From Octopus vulgaris (taxonomy: Eukaryota), in contig OX597814.1 of NCBI GenBank assembly GCA_951406725.2, positions 124,124,001 through 124,188,000 on the forward strand: a DNA stretch of 64,000 nucleotides, written 5' to 3'. The notes below the pieces were generated by a model. That model saw only the letters and a list, made by a program, of their open reading frames with translations. It was not told the origin of the DNA and made no database searches. Of this stretch, positions 1-11,438 are shown piece by piece (the stretch's first letter is position 1; each line of letters opens with the position of its first letter). The translations under genes were made by a program, and so were the position numbers.

Positions 1-777
1 AGTCCCTTTGTCTGTTGTAAATGAGTGTCACCACCATGCAAGCAGCGTCTTTATTTTCAGTCTTCTGTGAAAGCATGTCTGGCCATCGAGGAATATTATC
101 TTACTTGAAAAAAATATGTAGGCGGTGACAGAGAGGGTATTTGCCTGTAGAAAATCCTCCTCAACAAATGCTGTCTGACCTATGTGAACAGGGGAAAATG
201 GATATTAAAATAACAATGATAATGGTGACTACCATATGATAAATCTTTAAAATGTTTAGATAAAGGTTAGTAGCATATAGGTTAAAATGTTATGTGCCAT
301 TGTATTTTCCTTCTGAATCCTGTTGTTTCATTTGTTCTTGTATCAGTAAAATAAAAACTGGTCTTGTATTGGTTGTGGCCTTTCAAGTTGTAACCTTGTT
401 ATGTAACCATTAGTAATAAGCAAAGGCAAAAAATGGTACAAATGGAATATGGGAAATAAGAGACAGAGAGTTGGACAACGTGAGAAGTTACAATAGGCAG
501 ACAAAACTTCAAAAGGAAGTGGACAAAATGCAAACGCGCTCGCACACACACACACACTCACATACACATACAGATATCTAACAATAAAATTTGTGGACAG
601 TGAATTGTATGACGAAGAGACGAAAAGGAAAAGAAGGGGATTGATGCTTTTGGGTGAATCCTTTATCAGAGTGGAGTGATAAGCAAAATAAAAGAAATGG
701 AAAAATGATATCTATATGTGTGTCTTTCTGTTTGTGTCTATCCTTCTGGTACATGCTGTAGAATGGTAGTAATCAAA

Positions 778-987
778 GGCAGCAAGCTTATAGAAACATT
801 TGCATGCAGGGCAAAATGTTTAGTGATATTTCGTCTTTGTTCTGAGTTCAAATTCCGCCGAGGTTGATTTTACCTTTCATCCTTTCAGAGTTGATAAATT
901 AAATACCAGATAAATTAAATACTGGGGTTGATCTAATCGACTGGGCCCCTCCCGCAATATTTCAGGCCTTGTGCCTGGAGTAGAAAA
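778..987 (+). mobile_element. SINE family B (Meta-domain-like core)
   Basis: B-box GAGTTCAAATTCC, core TTTCATCCTTTC..GATAAATT..TACCAG, 17-bp TSD agaatggtagtaatcaa. Confidence 0.8.
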
Positions 988-1744
988 GAATGGTAGTAAT
1001 CAATATCATGTTATGTCCCTTTAAATCTTGTTTATAAGTTTCACTAGGTTTGGCCTTGGTTTTTATCATTCCTGTGATATAGAGAGGTCAGTGCCATATA
1101 AAAAGCACTGGTAATGGTGCCATGTAAAACGTACCTAGTACATGCCAAAAAGCGGTTGGTGTTGGGAAGGGTATCCAGCTGTAGAAACCAAGTCAAAATG
1201 GGCAATGGAACAGACTGTGGCCTGTGGCCTTGCAAGCTCCTGTCAAACCATCCAACCCATGCCAGCATGGAAAATGGACATTTAATTATGATGATGATGA
1301 CAATGATGATAATGACTAATGTGCAGTTTTGTGCCATTCTGCTATATTAGAATGAAGAGGTAGCAGTAGAACTAGTTCTTTGGATTAAACACTTCATGAT
1401 ATTTATTTACAATCTCAAGTTCAGATCTAAGTTCAAATCACACCAAGGTTGACATTGCATTACATTTCTTTGTGGGCTGATTATATAAGTATCTGTCATT
1501 TTCTGGGGGATCTGTTTACTCAGCCTTTATCTTTAATTTATTTTCAGTCATTAGACTTAGGCCATGCTGGGGCACCGCCTTGGAGAATTTTTAGTTGAAT
1601 GAATTAATCCCAGTATTTAATTTTTAAACCTGGAACTTATTTGTTTGCTGAACTGCCAAGTTATAGGGACATAAACACACCAACACCGGTTGTCAAGCAG
1701 TGGTGGGGAACAAACAGAGACAGAAAAAACACACACATAGATAT

Positions 1745-2141
1745 TCTTTTACTTATTTCAGTCATTTGACTGTGGCCATTCTGGATAACCACCTTTAGTC
1801 AAACAAATCGACCACAGGACTTATTCTTTGTAAGCCTAGTACTTATTCTATTCATCGCTTTTGCCGAACTGTAAAGTTATGGGGACATAAACACACCAAC
1901 ATTGGTTGTCAAGAGATGGTGGTGGTGGTGGTGGGGAAAACACAGACACTCAAACACACACACACACACATATATATGCGACAGGCTTCTTTCAGTTTCT
2001 GTCTACCAAATCCACTCACAAGGCTTTGGTCAGCCCGAGGCTATAGTAGAAGACATTTGTCCAAAGTGCCATGCAATGGGACTGAACCCAGAACCATGTG
2101 GCTGGTAAGCAAGCTACTTACCACACAGCCACACCTGCACC
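1745..2141 (-). mobile_element. SINE family A
   Basis: Reverse complement of the 57676 element. Confidence 0.8.
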
Positions 2142-3120
2142 TATATAAATATATATATGGTAGGTTTCTTTCAGTTTCTGTTAAAGAGATCCACTTTCAA
2201 GGCTTTGGTCGGCCCGAGGCTATAGAAGAAAACACTTACCCAAGGTACCATGCAGTGGGACTGAACCTTGAACCATGTGGCTGGGAAGTGAGCTACTTAC
2301 CACATAGCTATGCCTGCACACTATTTTAATAATTTAATCATCATCCTTATCAGCATTTAACGTCTGCTGTTCATGCTGGCATGTGTTGGATGGTTTGACT
2401 AAGGCTGGCATGTGTGTGTGGAGGGGCTGCATGGGACACCAGTCTGATTTGGCATGGTTTCTATGGCTAGATGCCCTTCCTAATGCCAACCACTCTGAGA
2501 GAATAATGGGTGCTTTTACATACCACCAGCATTGGTGCCATTTGCATGACACCAGTATCTGCCACATCTATGATTTCACAAAATTGACCAAGGACAGAAT
2601 GGTTGATGACAGAATTTCTTAGAGTGAAGGAGAAAATGCTTTCTGATATTTAGGAATATTGGGGTGGTGATCCGGCAGAATAGTTGGCATGTCTAGCAAA
2701 ATGCTTAGTGGCATTTCATCTGTCTTTACGTTCTGAGTTCAAATTCCACTGCAGTTGACTTTGCGTTTCATCCTCAGGGGTCGATAAAATAAGTACCAGT
2801 TAAGTATTGGGGTTGATGTAATCAACTTCCCCTTCTGCTCAGAAATGACTGGCTTTGTGTCAAAACTTGAAACCATAACTGCTACCACTTATTTTATCAA
2901 CCTTGAAAGAAATAAATTTTCAGGGTTGTTAAACATAGGTACCAGCTATTTTTAAAAATTGGTAAAAATAGGGTTGATGTGATCGACTTATTGCCTCCTA
3001 CAAAACTATTGGCCTTGTGTCAAAATTTGAAACCAATATTCAGGAATATCCTTTTATGTTCTGCATTCATGGAAGCAGTCACAAGTGACCAAGACCATTG
3101 GTTATATACTGTGCTTGAAA

Positions 3121-3335
3121 GGCAGTGAGCTGGTAGAAACATTAGCATGCCGGGCGAAATGCTCAGCAGTATTTTGTCTGTTTTTACATTCTGAGTTCAA
3201 ATTCCGCTCAGGTTGACTTTACCTTTTATCCTTTCGGGCTTGATAAATTAAGTACCAGTTGTAATACTAGAGTTGAGCTAATTGACTGGACCCCTCCCCC
3301 AAAATTTCAGGCCTTGTGCATTGAGTAGAAAAGGA
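3121..3335 (+). mobile_element. SINE family B inserted in an RTE 3' end
   Basis: TSD atatactg(t/g)gcttga. Confidence 0.8.
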
Positions 3336-3704
3336 TATACTGGGCTTGAGAAGATCTGTCTCAACTGATGTGTAACTGTGCTGTGTAACTGGCACCCATG
3401 CTGGTGGCATGTAAAAAGCACCCACTACACTCTGTAAAGTGGTTGGCATTAGGAAGGGCATCCAGCTGTAGAAACCATGCCAAATCAGACTGGAACCTGG
3501 TGCAGCTCCTCAGCTAACTAGTTTTCAGCTAAGCCGTCCAGCCCATGCCAGCATGGAAAACGGACATTAAATGATGATGATGATGATTCAAATCCTACAG
3601 ATGCCAACTTCACGTTTTGAAAATTTGAGGGATGATATAATAAGTAGTAGTTAAGTATTGGAGTTATTTACATTATTTACATTTGACAGATCTTGTTTAT
3701 TGTT

Positions 3705-3750
3705 AACACAAAGTTTCAGCTGATATACCCTCCAGCCTTCTTCAGGTGTC
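3705..3750 (-). ncRNA. Second (inverted) copy of the same hammerhead motif
   Basis: Reverse complement reads GACAC-CTGAAGA-AGGCTG..CAGCT-GAAA-CTTT-GTGTT. Stem III carries one substitution. Confidence 0.55.
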
Positions 3751-3808
3751 TTAGGGGAAATTTCGAACCTGGGTTCTCATTCCTAAGGTATTTTTCGATA
3801 TTATTATT

Positions 3809-3850
<42 letters not shown>

Positions 3851-3924
3851 GTTCAGGTGACTGCTTGGAATTGAACTCGGAATCTTGGGGTTAGTAGCTA
3901 GTCCAATTCCAAATGATAATAATA

Positions 3925-3988
<64 letters not shown>

Positions 3989-4046
3989 CAACAACAACAT
4001 CGAAAAATACCTTAGGAATGAGAACCCAGGTTCGAACTTTCCCCAA

Positions 4047-4092
4047 GACACCTGATGAAGGCTGGAGGGTATATCAGCTGAAACGTTGTGTT
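4047..4092 (+). ncRNA. Minimal type-I hammerhead ribozyme motif (PLE-type)
   Basis: Stem I GACAC/GTGTT, core CTGATGA (4052-4058), stem II GGCTG/CAGCT, GAAA (4080-4083), palindromic stem III AACGTT, GUU triplet. Confidence 0.7.
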
Positions 4093-4599
4093 AACAACAA
4101 ACAAGATGAGAACAAATATCCGTCAAATGTAAATAAAGTAAATAATTCCTCATCTCTTAAATATAGAACTGAAGTATTGGAGTTGCTTTGATCAATTGTG
4201 ACTTCCTCCACAAAATTTCTAGCTTATTTTAGAAATTATTATTTTACTTGTTCTACAGAATTTTGGTTTTTCAATTTTATTAAGATTCATGTTCCAACAA
4301 AAAATCTTATTCCATCTATTTAGTTTATACTTTTTTTTTACCCCTGGAATTCCAACTTGGGACCATGCAGAGGAGGCAGACAACTAAAATTCCTATAGAA
4401 AGCCTATGATGCATATCTTTTTAAAATAGAGAGATATGTAAACAAAATTTGTCATGAAGAAATAAAAGAAAACAAAAAAAACAACAAAAAAAAAAAAAAA
4501 CAAGCAAACTAAACAAGATTTGTTGAAGAACAATGAGTAATAAATTGGTATTGATTTATGCATCAGTGAGAAATGTATATATATATATGTATATGTATG

Positions 4600-4639
<40 letters not shown>

Positions 4640-4723
4640 AGATTCTGATGAATATGGTAACTAAGTTGAGGCACCAGAATTTAGTACGGTATTATGCATA
4701 CAATTTCAAAATAAGGTGATTAA

Positions 4724-4980
4724 GATCAAAATAAGTAGCAAGGATATCCAGAGGCAATGCAATACAATCGTTTCATGCAACTCCATTTCATTGAACAATG
4801 CAATCATTTCATTACGTCAATTTAAAATGTAGAGCATTAAATTCTATGTCTTTGTGCAGCTGAAGATTGCTCTAATTTTTAAATTGATGTAATGAAATGA
4901 TTGCATTGTTCAATTAAATGGAGTTGCATGAAACGATTGTACTGTTTTACCTCTGGATATCCTTGTTGCTTATTTTGATT
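4724..4980. repeat. Inverted repeat with ~115-bp arms, PLE-terminus-like
   Basis: Arms at about 4724-4838 and 4866-4980 are near-perfect reverse complements. Confidence 0.8.
4854..4947 (+). ncRNA. Type-I hammerhead-like motif with long stem II
   Basis: GTGCAG-CTGAAGA(4860-4866), ~63-nt imperfect hairpin, GAAA(4930), CGATTG, TA, CTG. Near-palindromic stem III and GUA triplet. Confidence 0.55.
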
Positions 4981-5308
4981 TTATATATATATAATAAGAT
5001 ATATATATATGTGTGTAGAAGGTTAAAAAGAAACACACAGGTTGATATATATATATATGGAAAAAAAGTCAAGGTAGAAAATGCTAAAATAATTTCATAA
5101 AAAACATTTCAATACTGGTTTCAGTCATTGAGGCTTTTTCAACTGTAAGTATGGAAAACAACTAAATTTTGGAAAAATTAAATGAAAACTTTTTAAAGAG
5201 AATATTTGCATAGTGTTCAAATACAAAGGGCATTTTCCTTGTTTCTGCCTGTCTCTGTCTCTCTTGTTTTCTCTTGTGGGTTCAAGGTCATTGTGAATTC
5301 TCCCACAC

Positions 5309-5364
<56 letters not shown>

Positions 5365-6122
5365 TCTGCCAAGAATTCACAATGGCCTCGAACCCACAAG
5401 AGTAAACAGATGGTGAAGTGGGCTGAATAGGAAGAGATGTAGTACAACCCCACATTATATATGGATGGGTAGGGTAGTGTATAATGTGAAGGTGCATGGC
5501 TTAGTGGTTAGGATGTTGGACTCATGATCATTAGACTGTGGTTTCAATTCCTGGAATAATCCACTCAGCCAGTAAAGATGAATAATCCTGCCCTGGGCCG
5601 GCGTCCCCTTCAGGGAGGAATATACATGGAAACCAGGAAATTGGCTCTATGCTCCTTATGGAGTGATGTGGACTAACTAGAGTGGTGCACAGAAAGATAA
5701 GGTGATGATGAGGTGCCAGGATATATTCACAAGGATACATGTTCAAGAGGGGACACAGAAGAATCAGGGTGGGGTGGGGGTAAAGGTTGCTAGAGTACAA
5801 TCATTCCTGACTCAAGCTTAACGATTTGAAAGGACAGAGGTAGGAGAGGCTAGCAAGATGGTGGTGGTGAAGGGTTTGAGGGAGGGGGATATTCAATATA
5901 TTCTGACCGAGTGCTTTCAAATTAATTATGGGTGTCATGGTATGGTGAAGAGAAGAAATGATGGGAAGAAATGTGTAGAGCATCTGTGGTGGGTAAGAGA
6001 GGATGGTGAGGAGTGGTGAGGGTATATAATAGGTAATAGACAAAGGGTAGGGTAACTATTCCATATTTTGAGGACTATTTTGCCAACCTGCATCTGAAGT
6101 CAGGTCTCCTCCAGATAAATAT

Positions 6123-6154
<32 letters not shown>

Positions 6155-6318
6155 TGTCGTCGGCGTTTAATGTCTGCTTTCCATGCTGGCATGGGTTTGA
6201 TGGTTTGATTGAAGACTGGCAAGCTAGAAGGCTGTACCAGGCTCCAACCTGATCGGACAAGGTTTCTACAGCTGGATGCCCTTCCTACACCACACCCTTC
6301 CTAACGCCATGTATATTT

Positions 6319-6536
6319 GTGAGTGAGTGGGCAAACAAAAAAAGAGCACTCAACCAATTTATTGGGAGTTACATGAATGGTTCAAAATGGTTTGATTTAA
6401 ATTTGTTGGAACTCTTGAGTTTCAAGTGTAATGTAAGTTATCAGCCATTTTGAATTTCAAAATGGCTGATGACTAGCATCACACGTGAAACTCAAGAGTA
6501 CCAACCAGTTTGAATCAAACTGTTTTGAACCATACA

Positions 6537-6594
<58 letters not shown>

Positions 6595-6600
6595 TATGTG

Positions 6601-6632
<32 letters not shown>

Positions 6633-7045
6633 GAGGCGCAATGGCCCAGTGGTTAGGGCAGCGAACTCGCGGTTGTAGGATCGTGGTTTCGATTCCCAGA
6701 CCGGGCGTTGTGAGTGTTTATTGAGTGAAAACACCTAAAGCTCCATGAGGCTCTGGCAGGAGGTGGTGGCGATCCCTGCTGTACTCTTTCGCCACAACTT
6801 TCTCTCACTCTTTCTTCTGTTGGCCTGCTCACTTAGCCAGTGGGGTGGCATCATTTAGAGACTAAAACAATGCGAAGCACATTGTGACCAGCGATGTGTA
6901 GCAACATCTGATAGCCTGGTCGGTCGTGGTGATCACAGTGATATATATATATATATATATATATACCGGAGTAAACGCATAAATGTGAAACAAGGTGGAA
7001 AAAAGGAGTACTCAAATACCAGGGGTGGAGTAATATGCTTTAAAG

Positions 7046-7079
<34 letters not shown>

Positions 7080-7292
7080 AATAAAGATAAGATCGATATT
7101 TAAATATTGATATTATCAAGTGGCCAGCATGGGAATAAAAGTGTTTCATAGGTAATAATTATTCAAAATTATTATTTAGGGTATCTGAGAGATACCATCA
7201 CATTGAGAATAGCTGTCAAAACCTATTTTGAACCATACAAGTAACTCCCAATAAATTGGTTGAGTGCTCTTCTTTTGTTTGACCACTCACAG
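6319..7292. mobile_element. Foldback/MITE-like palindromic element split by a compound insertion
   Basis: Near-perfect palindrome 6378-6533 centred near 6455. Outer arms at about 6319-6390 and 7226-7292. 14-bp duplication ttttgaaccataca at 6523 and 7226. Confidence 0.7.
6631..6942 (+). mobile_element. tRNA-derived SINE family D
   Basis: GGAGGCGCAATGGCCCAGTGGTTAGG (A box)...GGTTTCGATTCC (B box). Related copies at 58748-59050 (+) and a tail at 37860-37976 (-). Confidence 0.8.
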
Positions 7293-7299
7293 GTTTTGA

Positions 7300-7364
<65 letters not shown>

Positions 7365-7365
7365 T

Positions 7366-7413
<48 letters not shown>

Positions 7414-7559
7414 GACAAAATGAGATAAATAACAAAGCCAAGGCTGTGAAGAGTTTTCAGGACATTTAAAAGGAAAAAAATATAGATATAGTCTTATAGC
7501 TGTTTCTGGGATATTATGGATATCTCTTCATTAGAGATGATGTGAGATGGTTAAATAGA

Positions 7560-7606
<47 letters not shown>

Positions 7607-8573
7607 TATATATATATAAAATAGGATCAAAGAATCCTGGCAGATATCAAGTAAGCACTCAGTATAAAGGAATAAGGTTAAATTTCCAACAGGTAGATAC
7701 CAGTAAATGTATGTAGAATACAAATCCCAGGTAAATCCTCATATATGGTAGGTAAATCCAACAATTCTGATGCAGATTCAGAGTATTAACAACAGCCAAT
7801 AATATGTACAAAGGAAATTGTATCTTTATTTTAGATGACACCTTTAAAATCCAACAATTGTTTCAATTGCTCTAACATATACATACATACATATAAATTC
7901 ATATGCACATACATATACATAATATTAAAATTCAAAATAATATGTACGACAACTTATGTCAACAGAACATTATCAAGGTAATCCATATTGGTGAAATTTT
8001 AACTAAACATCTGGAAAAATTGTAGCTGTTAAAAATGTTAGCAAAAAGAATCGCCAAACCAAATATCCATTCATTCATTCAACCAAGAGTGACGTCATTG
8101 TAAAACTAATTTGGTTTATAAAAATAAAATATAAAAAATACCATATTAATTCCATATTTTTAGACAATTTGAAATCTGCATAGAAAGCAAAATAAAAAAA
8201 TAAAATAACCTAACATAGAAAGTGAGTATATTTCTCTATTAAAATTGATGAGTCACTGAATATCTAAAGAACAAAAACTGCAGACAAAAATTCTACGTTA
8301 TGCTTAATAGATAACTAAAGAATAAAAACTGCAGATGATAATTCTACGAAATGCTTAATAGAAACTTATACACTTTACGTCGCAATATATATGACTATAT
8401 ATATGTATGTATATCTTAATGCAATTGAAACAATTGTTGGATTTTTATTATAATTAAAGGAACAATAAGAAGAGTGCAACTGTTATGGAATGAACAATAT
8501 TTCAACACTTTGTGTGTCTTCCACAAGTTCAAAATAATCATCGCAATCTACTTCATTTTGATAATATTTAAGG

Positions 8574-8610
<37 letters not shown>

Positions 8611-8618
8611 GTATTATT

Positions 8619-9200
8619 GAGTGAGAGAGCAGTGCATGCCATCAAAGTGACACTGGGCTAAAATATACGAAGCCCAGTATACCCATCATGACTACTTGTC
8701 TGATAAGGTTACACCAGGCACACTCATCACAATCATATGTGCGCGACATGGTGATCTCATATCAAGATAAACATTGCATGACATTATTGCAGGTGGGGCC
8801 CAGTTAGAATTTTTCTTCTGGTCAAATAGCCCATCCCGCTTAAATTGTTCTTGAATAAGGGTTTTAAGGATGTTGAACAAAACACCCATGTTTCCAGAGG
8901 TGAATTATCCAAACCCCAAAGAATCCCTCTCAACACATGGCTATGATGCTCCCCCACTACTTCTGCTCATGATCAGAGAAGCACATATCATCAACCACTA
9001 AGAGACATGCTCAACTGGTTAAGGTCAAACAACTGACAAGCAAATCTGTGGTATCAAGCAGAATATTTGCTGTAGCCCATCTTTTATACCAAGACAAATC
9101 ATGTACATGATAACACTTCCAGTCAGTTAAGATCAGAATCCATGAGAGCCAGTGTCTGGTACTGCATCAGGGCATTCAGAAGCCATGAGAGCCAGTGCCT
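8619..9200 (-). mobile_element. Putative non-coding (TAA)n-associated interspersed element
   Basis: Complex ~580-bp block bounded by (ATT)n on both sides, with a local duplication of cagaagccatgagagccagtg at its end. Only one copy is in the window. Confidence 0.5.
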
Positions 9201-9720
9201 ATCATTATTATTATCATTTGATGAAAACTCGTAACTTATTTTGCCGGGTATGATGGAAAGTGTCAGCTGTCCACAGTCAGCAAACTAAGGTGACACTTGT
9301 TTACTTGCCATACCTCAAGAACCCTGCAAAGAATTCTTGCTGTTCCAAGCAATGCTGATTTTTGTAAATGTTCAACGTTCACATTTGTACCAATCTTTTT
9401 GAGCCATGTTGGTAGTTGAGTGCTGATACTTCTATATGCACCAATTACCATTGGTATCATGTCTACTCTCCTCATTGACCTTTGTATTTCCCACTTCAAA
9501 TTGTCATAGTTGTTTAATTTTCCTGCTTTCTCTGTGATTTTGTTGTCACCAGGACATGTCACGTCGATTATCATGCACGTTCTTTCTTCTTTATCCACCA
9601 CAACAATGTTCGATGTCTGGTCAGGTGATCACACTGAATCATTGCAACCCACAAGATTTTGCAATTTTCATTCTTGGTGACTCCTGGGGTTTTTTCTCAT
9701 ACCACATCTTACTTCATTGA
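9200..9720 (-). mobile_element. 3' fragment of an RLE-type non-LTR retrotransposon (Dong/R4-like)
   Basis: ORF 9263-9601 reads (IVV)VDKEERTCMIIDVTCPGD...IPMVIGAY...LQKSALLGTARILCRVL, the restriction-like endonuclease C-terminus. Ends in TAA-like repeats. Confidence 0.8.
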
Positions 9721-10180
9721 TCTTGGACTGGGATAAAAAAAGGCCACACCAGTACACATGGCCCCTTTTGTTAAGCCAAGGAACTGTATAGGATAGAGTT
9801 GGTCTTCAGCCTATTGTTCAAAGAGATACCTGTGTTTTTATTAATGGGGTCTTAACTGTATTTCTGTAAATCTATTTACAAGATTATGTACAAATATGCT
9901 GCTTCAGTACTTTAGTTAATTACATACGGTACCAACAAATGCATTGTGATATGCAAATGAGAAAGTTTTTGTGCATTTTATTTTCCTAAGCAGGTGTGAG
10001 TTACTGTGTGTACAATGTCTCTGTAGATGGGATAAAGTAAATCTGGTCAGATGGATATTTTACAAAGTTGGCTTGTTTGCAGAAACAACTTTCATGTCCA
10101 GGTAATATTTATGTTTATTTTGATATATATATATTTTAGGCAGTTGTTTTGTCAGTTGGACTAAACACATACACACTCAC

Positions 10181-10181
<1 letters not shown>

Positions 10182-10259
<78 letters not shown>

Positions 10260-10306
10260 CATATATATATAAATACATATATATATATACATATATATAT
10301 ATAGAT

Positions 10307-10381
<75 letters not shown>

Positions 10382-10462
10382 ATATATATATATATATCTA
10401 TGTATGTATATCTATATATATCTATGTATGTATATATATATATATATATATATAAGTATATA
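10182..10462. repeat. (AT)n-dominated compound microsatellite
   Basis: Direct inspection. Confidence 0.95.
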
Positions 10463-11179
10463 GCTTGAAAATATTAGTTTTATGGAGCACTTTCATAGCT
10501 GCCTGCTTCAGAAGTCATTTTCTTAATGTATTTTGATGAATAACTATATTTACAACTGCAAATAATGCTTTTCCAGTGTTTGGTGATGTACTCTGGTGGG
10601 TTAACAACCAAAGAATGTGAACGAGTCAAATATTGTATTGAGAAAGGGGTCCTTCAGGACTTGGCTAATGGTGATAACATTCCAACGTTAGACAGAATGA
10701 TGTGGTGATTGGAGTGACATGTTGGCTGTATCAGTATGAATGCAATATGTAAATCCTGCTCTAGAAATGGTATAAATAATAGTGCTGCTGCTGCTGATGA
10801 CGATGATGATGATGATCATTGTCATCATATGTACAGGTGGTCCCCTGTACTCCGAGAAGGACGGTTCTGCAATTCCTTACTGAACAACCTGCACAGATGT
10901 TTTGTTTAAAGTGATCAAATGTTTGTGTTGTACATTGGCCCACTCTTCCACCCCATTAAATCAGCCTCACCTGGACAGGTGTATGGTGTGCCCACAGGTC
11001 AGGTGTTGAAGTGATTGCAAAGCGATGTGAGATAGAAGTGTTTTGCTCAAGAACACAACGCACAACTTGGTTCAGGAATTGAAACCAAGATCTTGTGATT
11101 GTGTGTGCAACACCTTAACCACTTGGCCACAAACCCTCACAGAAATGATAATAAAGAAAAAGCATGTGGGATGATATGT

Positions 11180-11438
11180 ATATCTATCTGTTTGTCTGTC
11201 TGTTTGCCCATCTGTCCATTTGTCAGTCTGTCTGTCCATCTGTCCATCTGTCCATCTGTCCATCTGTCTATCTGTCCATCTGTCCGTCTATCTATCAGTT
11301 GGCCACTTAGTCACTCAGTCGCTCAGTTGCTCAGTCACTCAGTTGCTCGGTCACTCAGTTGCTTGGTCAGTCTGTCTGTCACCTCGGTCAGTCGGTTGGT
11401 CGGTCGGTTAGTTGGTTGCTCGGTCTGTCTGTCTGTCC

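Larger units (their letters stand above)
3662..4172. mobile_element. Inverted pair of a short PLE-like element (hammerhead tail) around (ATT)n/(AAT)n, with a tRNA-like segment
   Basis: 3662-3800 is the reverse complement of about 4000-4150. 3853-3900 on the minus strand has a Pol III B-box (GAGTTCAATTCC). Confidence 0.7.

Noticed and set aside
640-676. Possible hammerhead remnant on the minus strand (CTGATAA...CCCAAAA)
   Set aside because: Both boxes are mutated, and stems I and III are not evident.
6631-6705. tRNA gene
   Set aside because: A/B boxes are present but there is no proper acceptor stem, and it continues into a SINE body.
9994-10101. Possible 108-nt exon (cag|...CAG|gtaata) with an open frame
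   Set aside because: It is phase 2/2, incompatible with the phase-0 exon at 33359, and the peptide is not MUN-like.
10577-10708. Open frame after a ttttccag acceptor-like site
   Set aside because: It ends in a stop, has no convincing donor and shows no recognisable homology.
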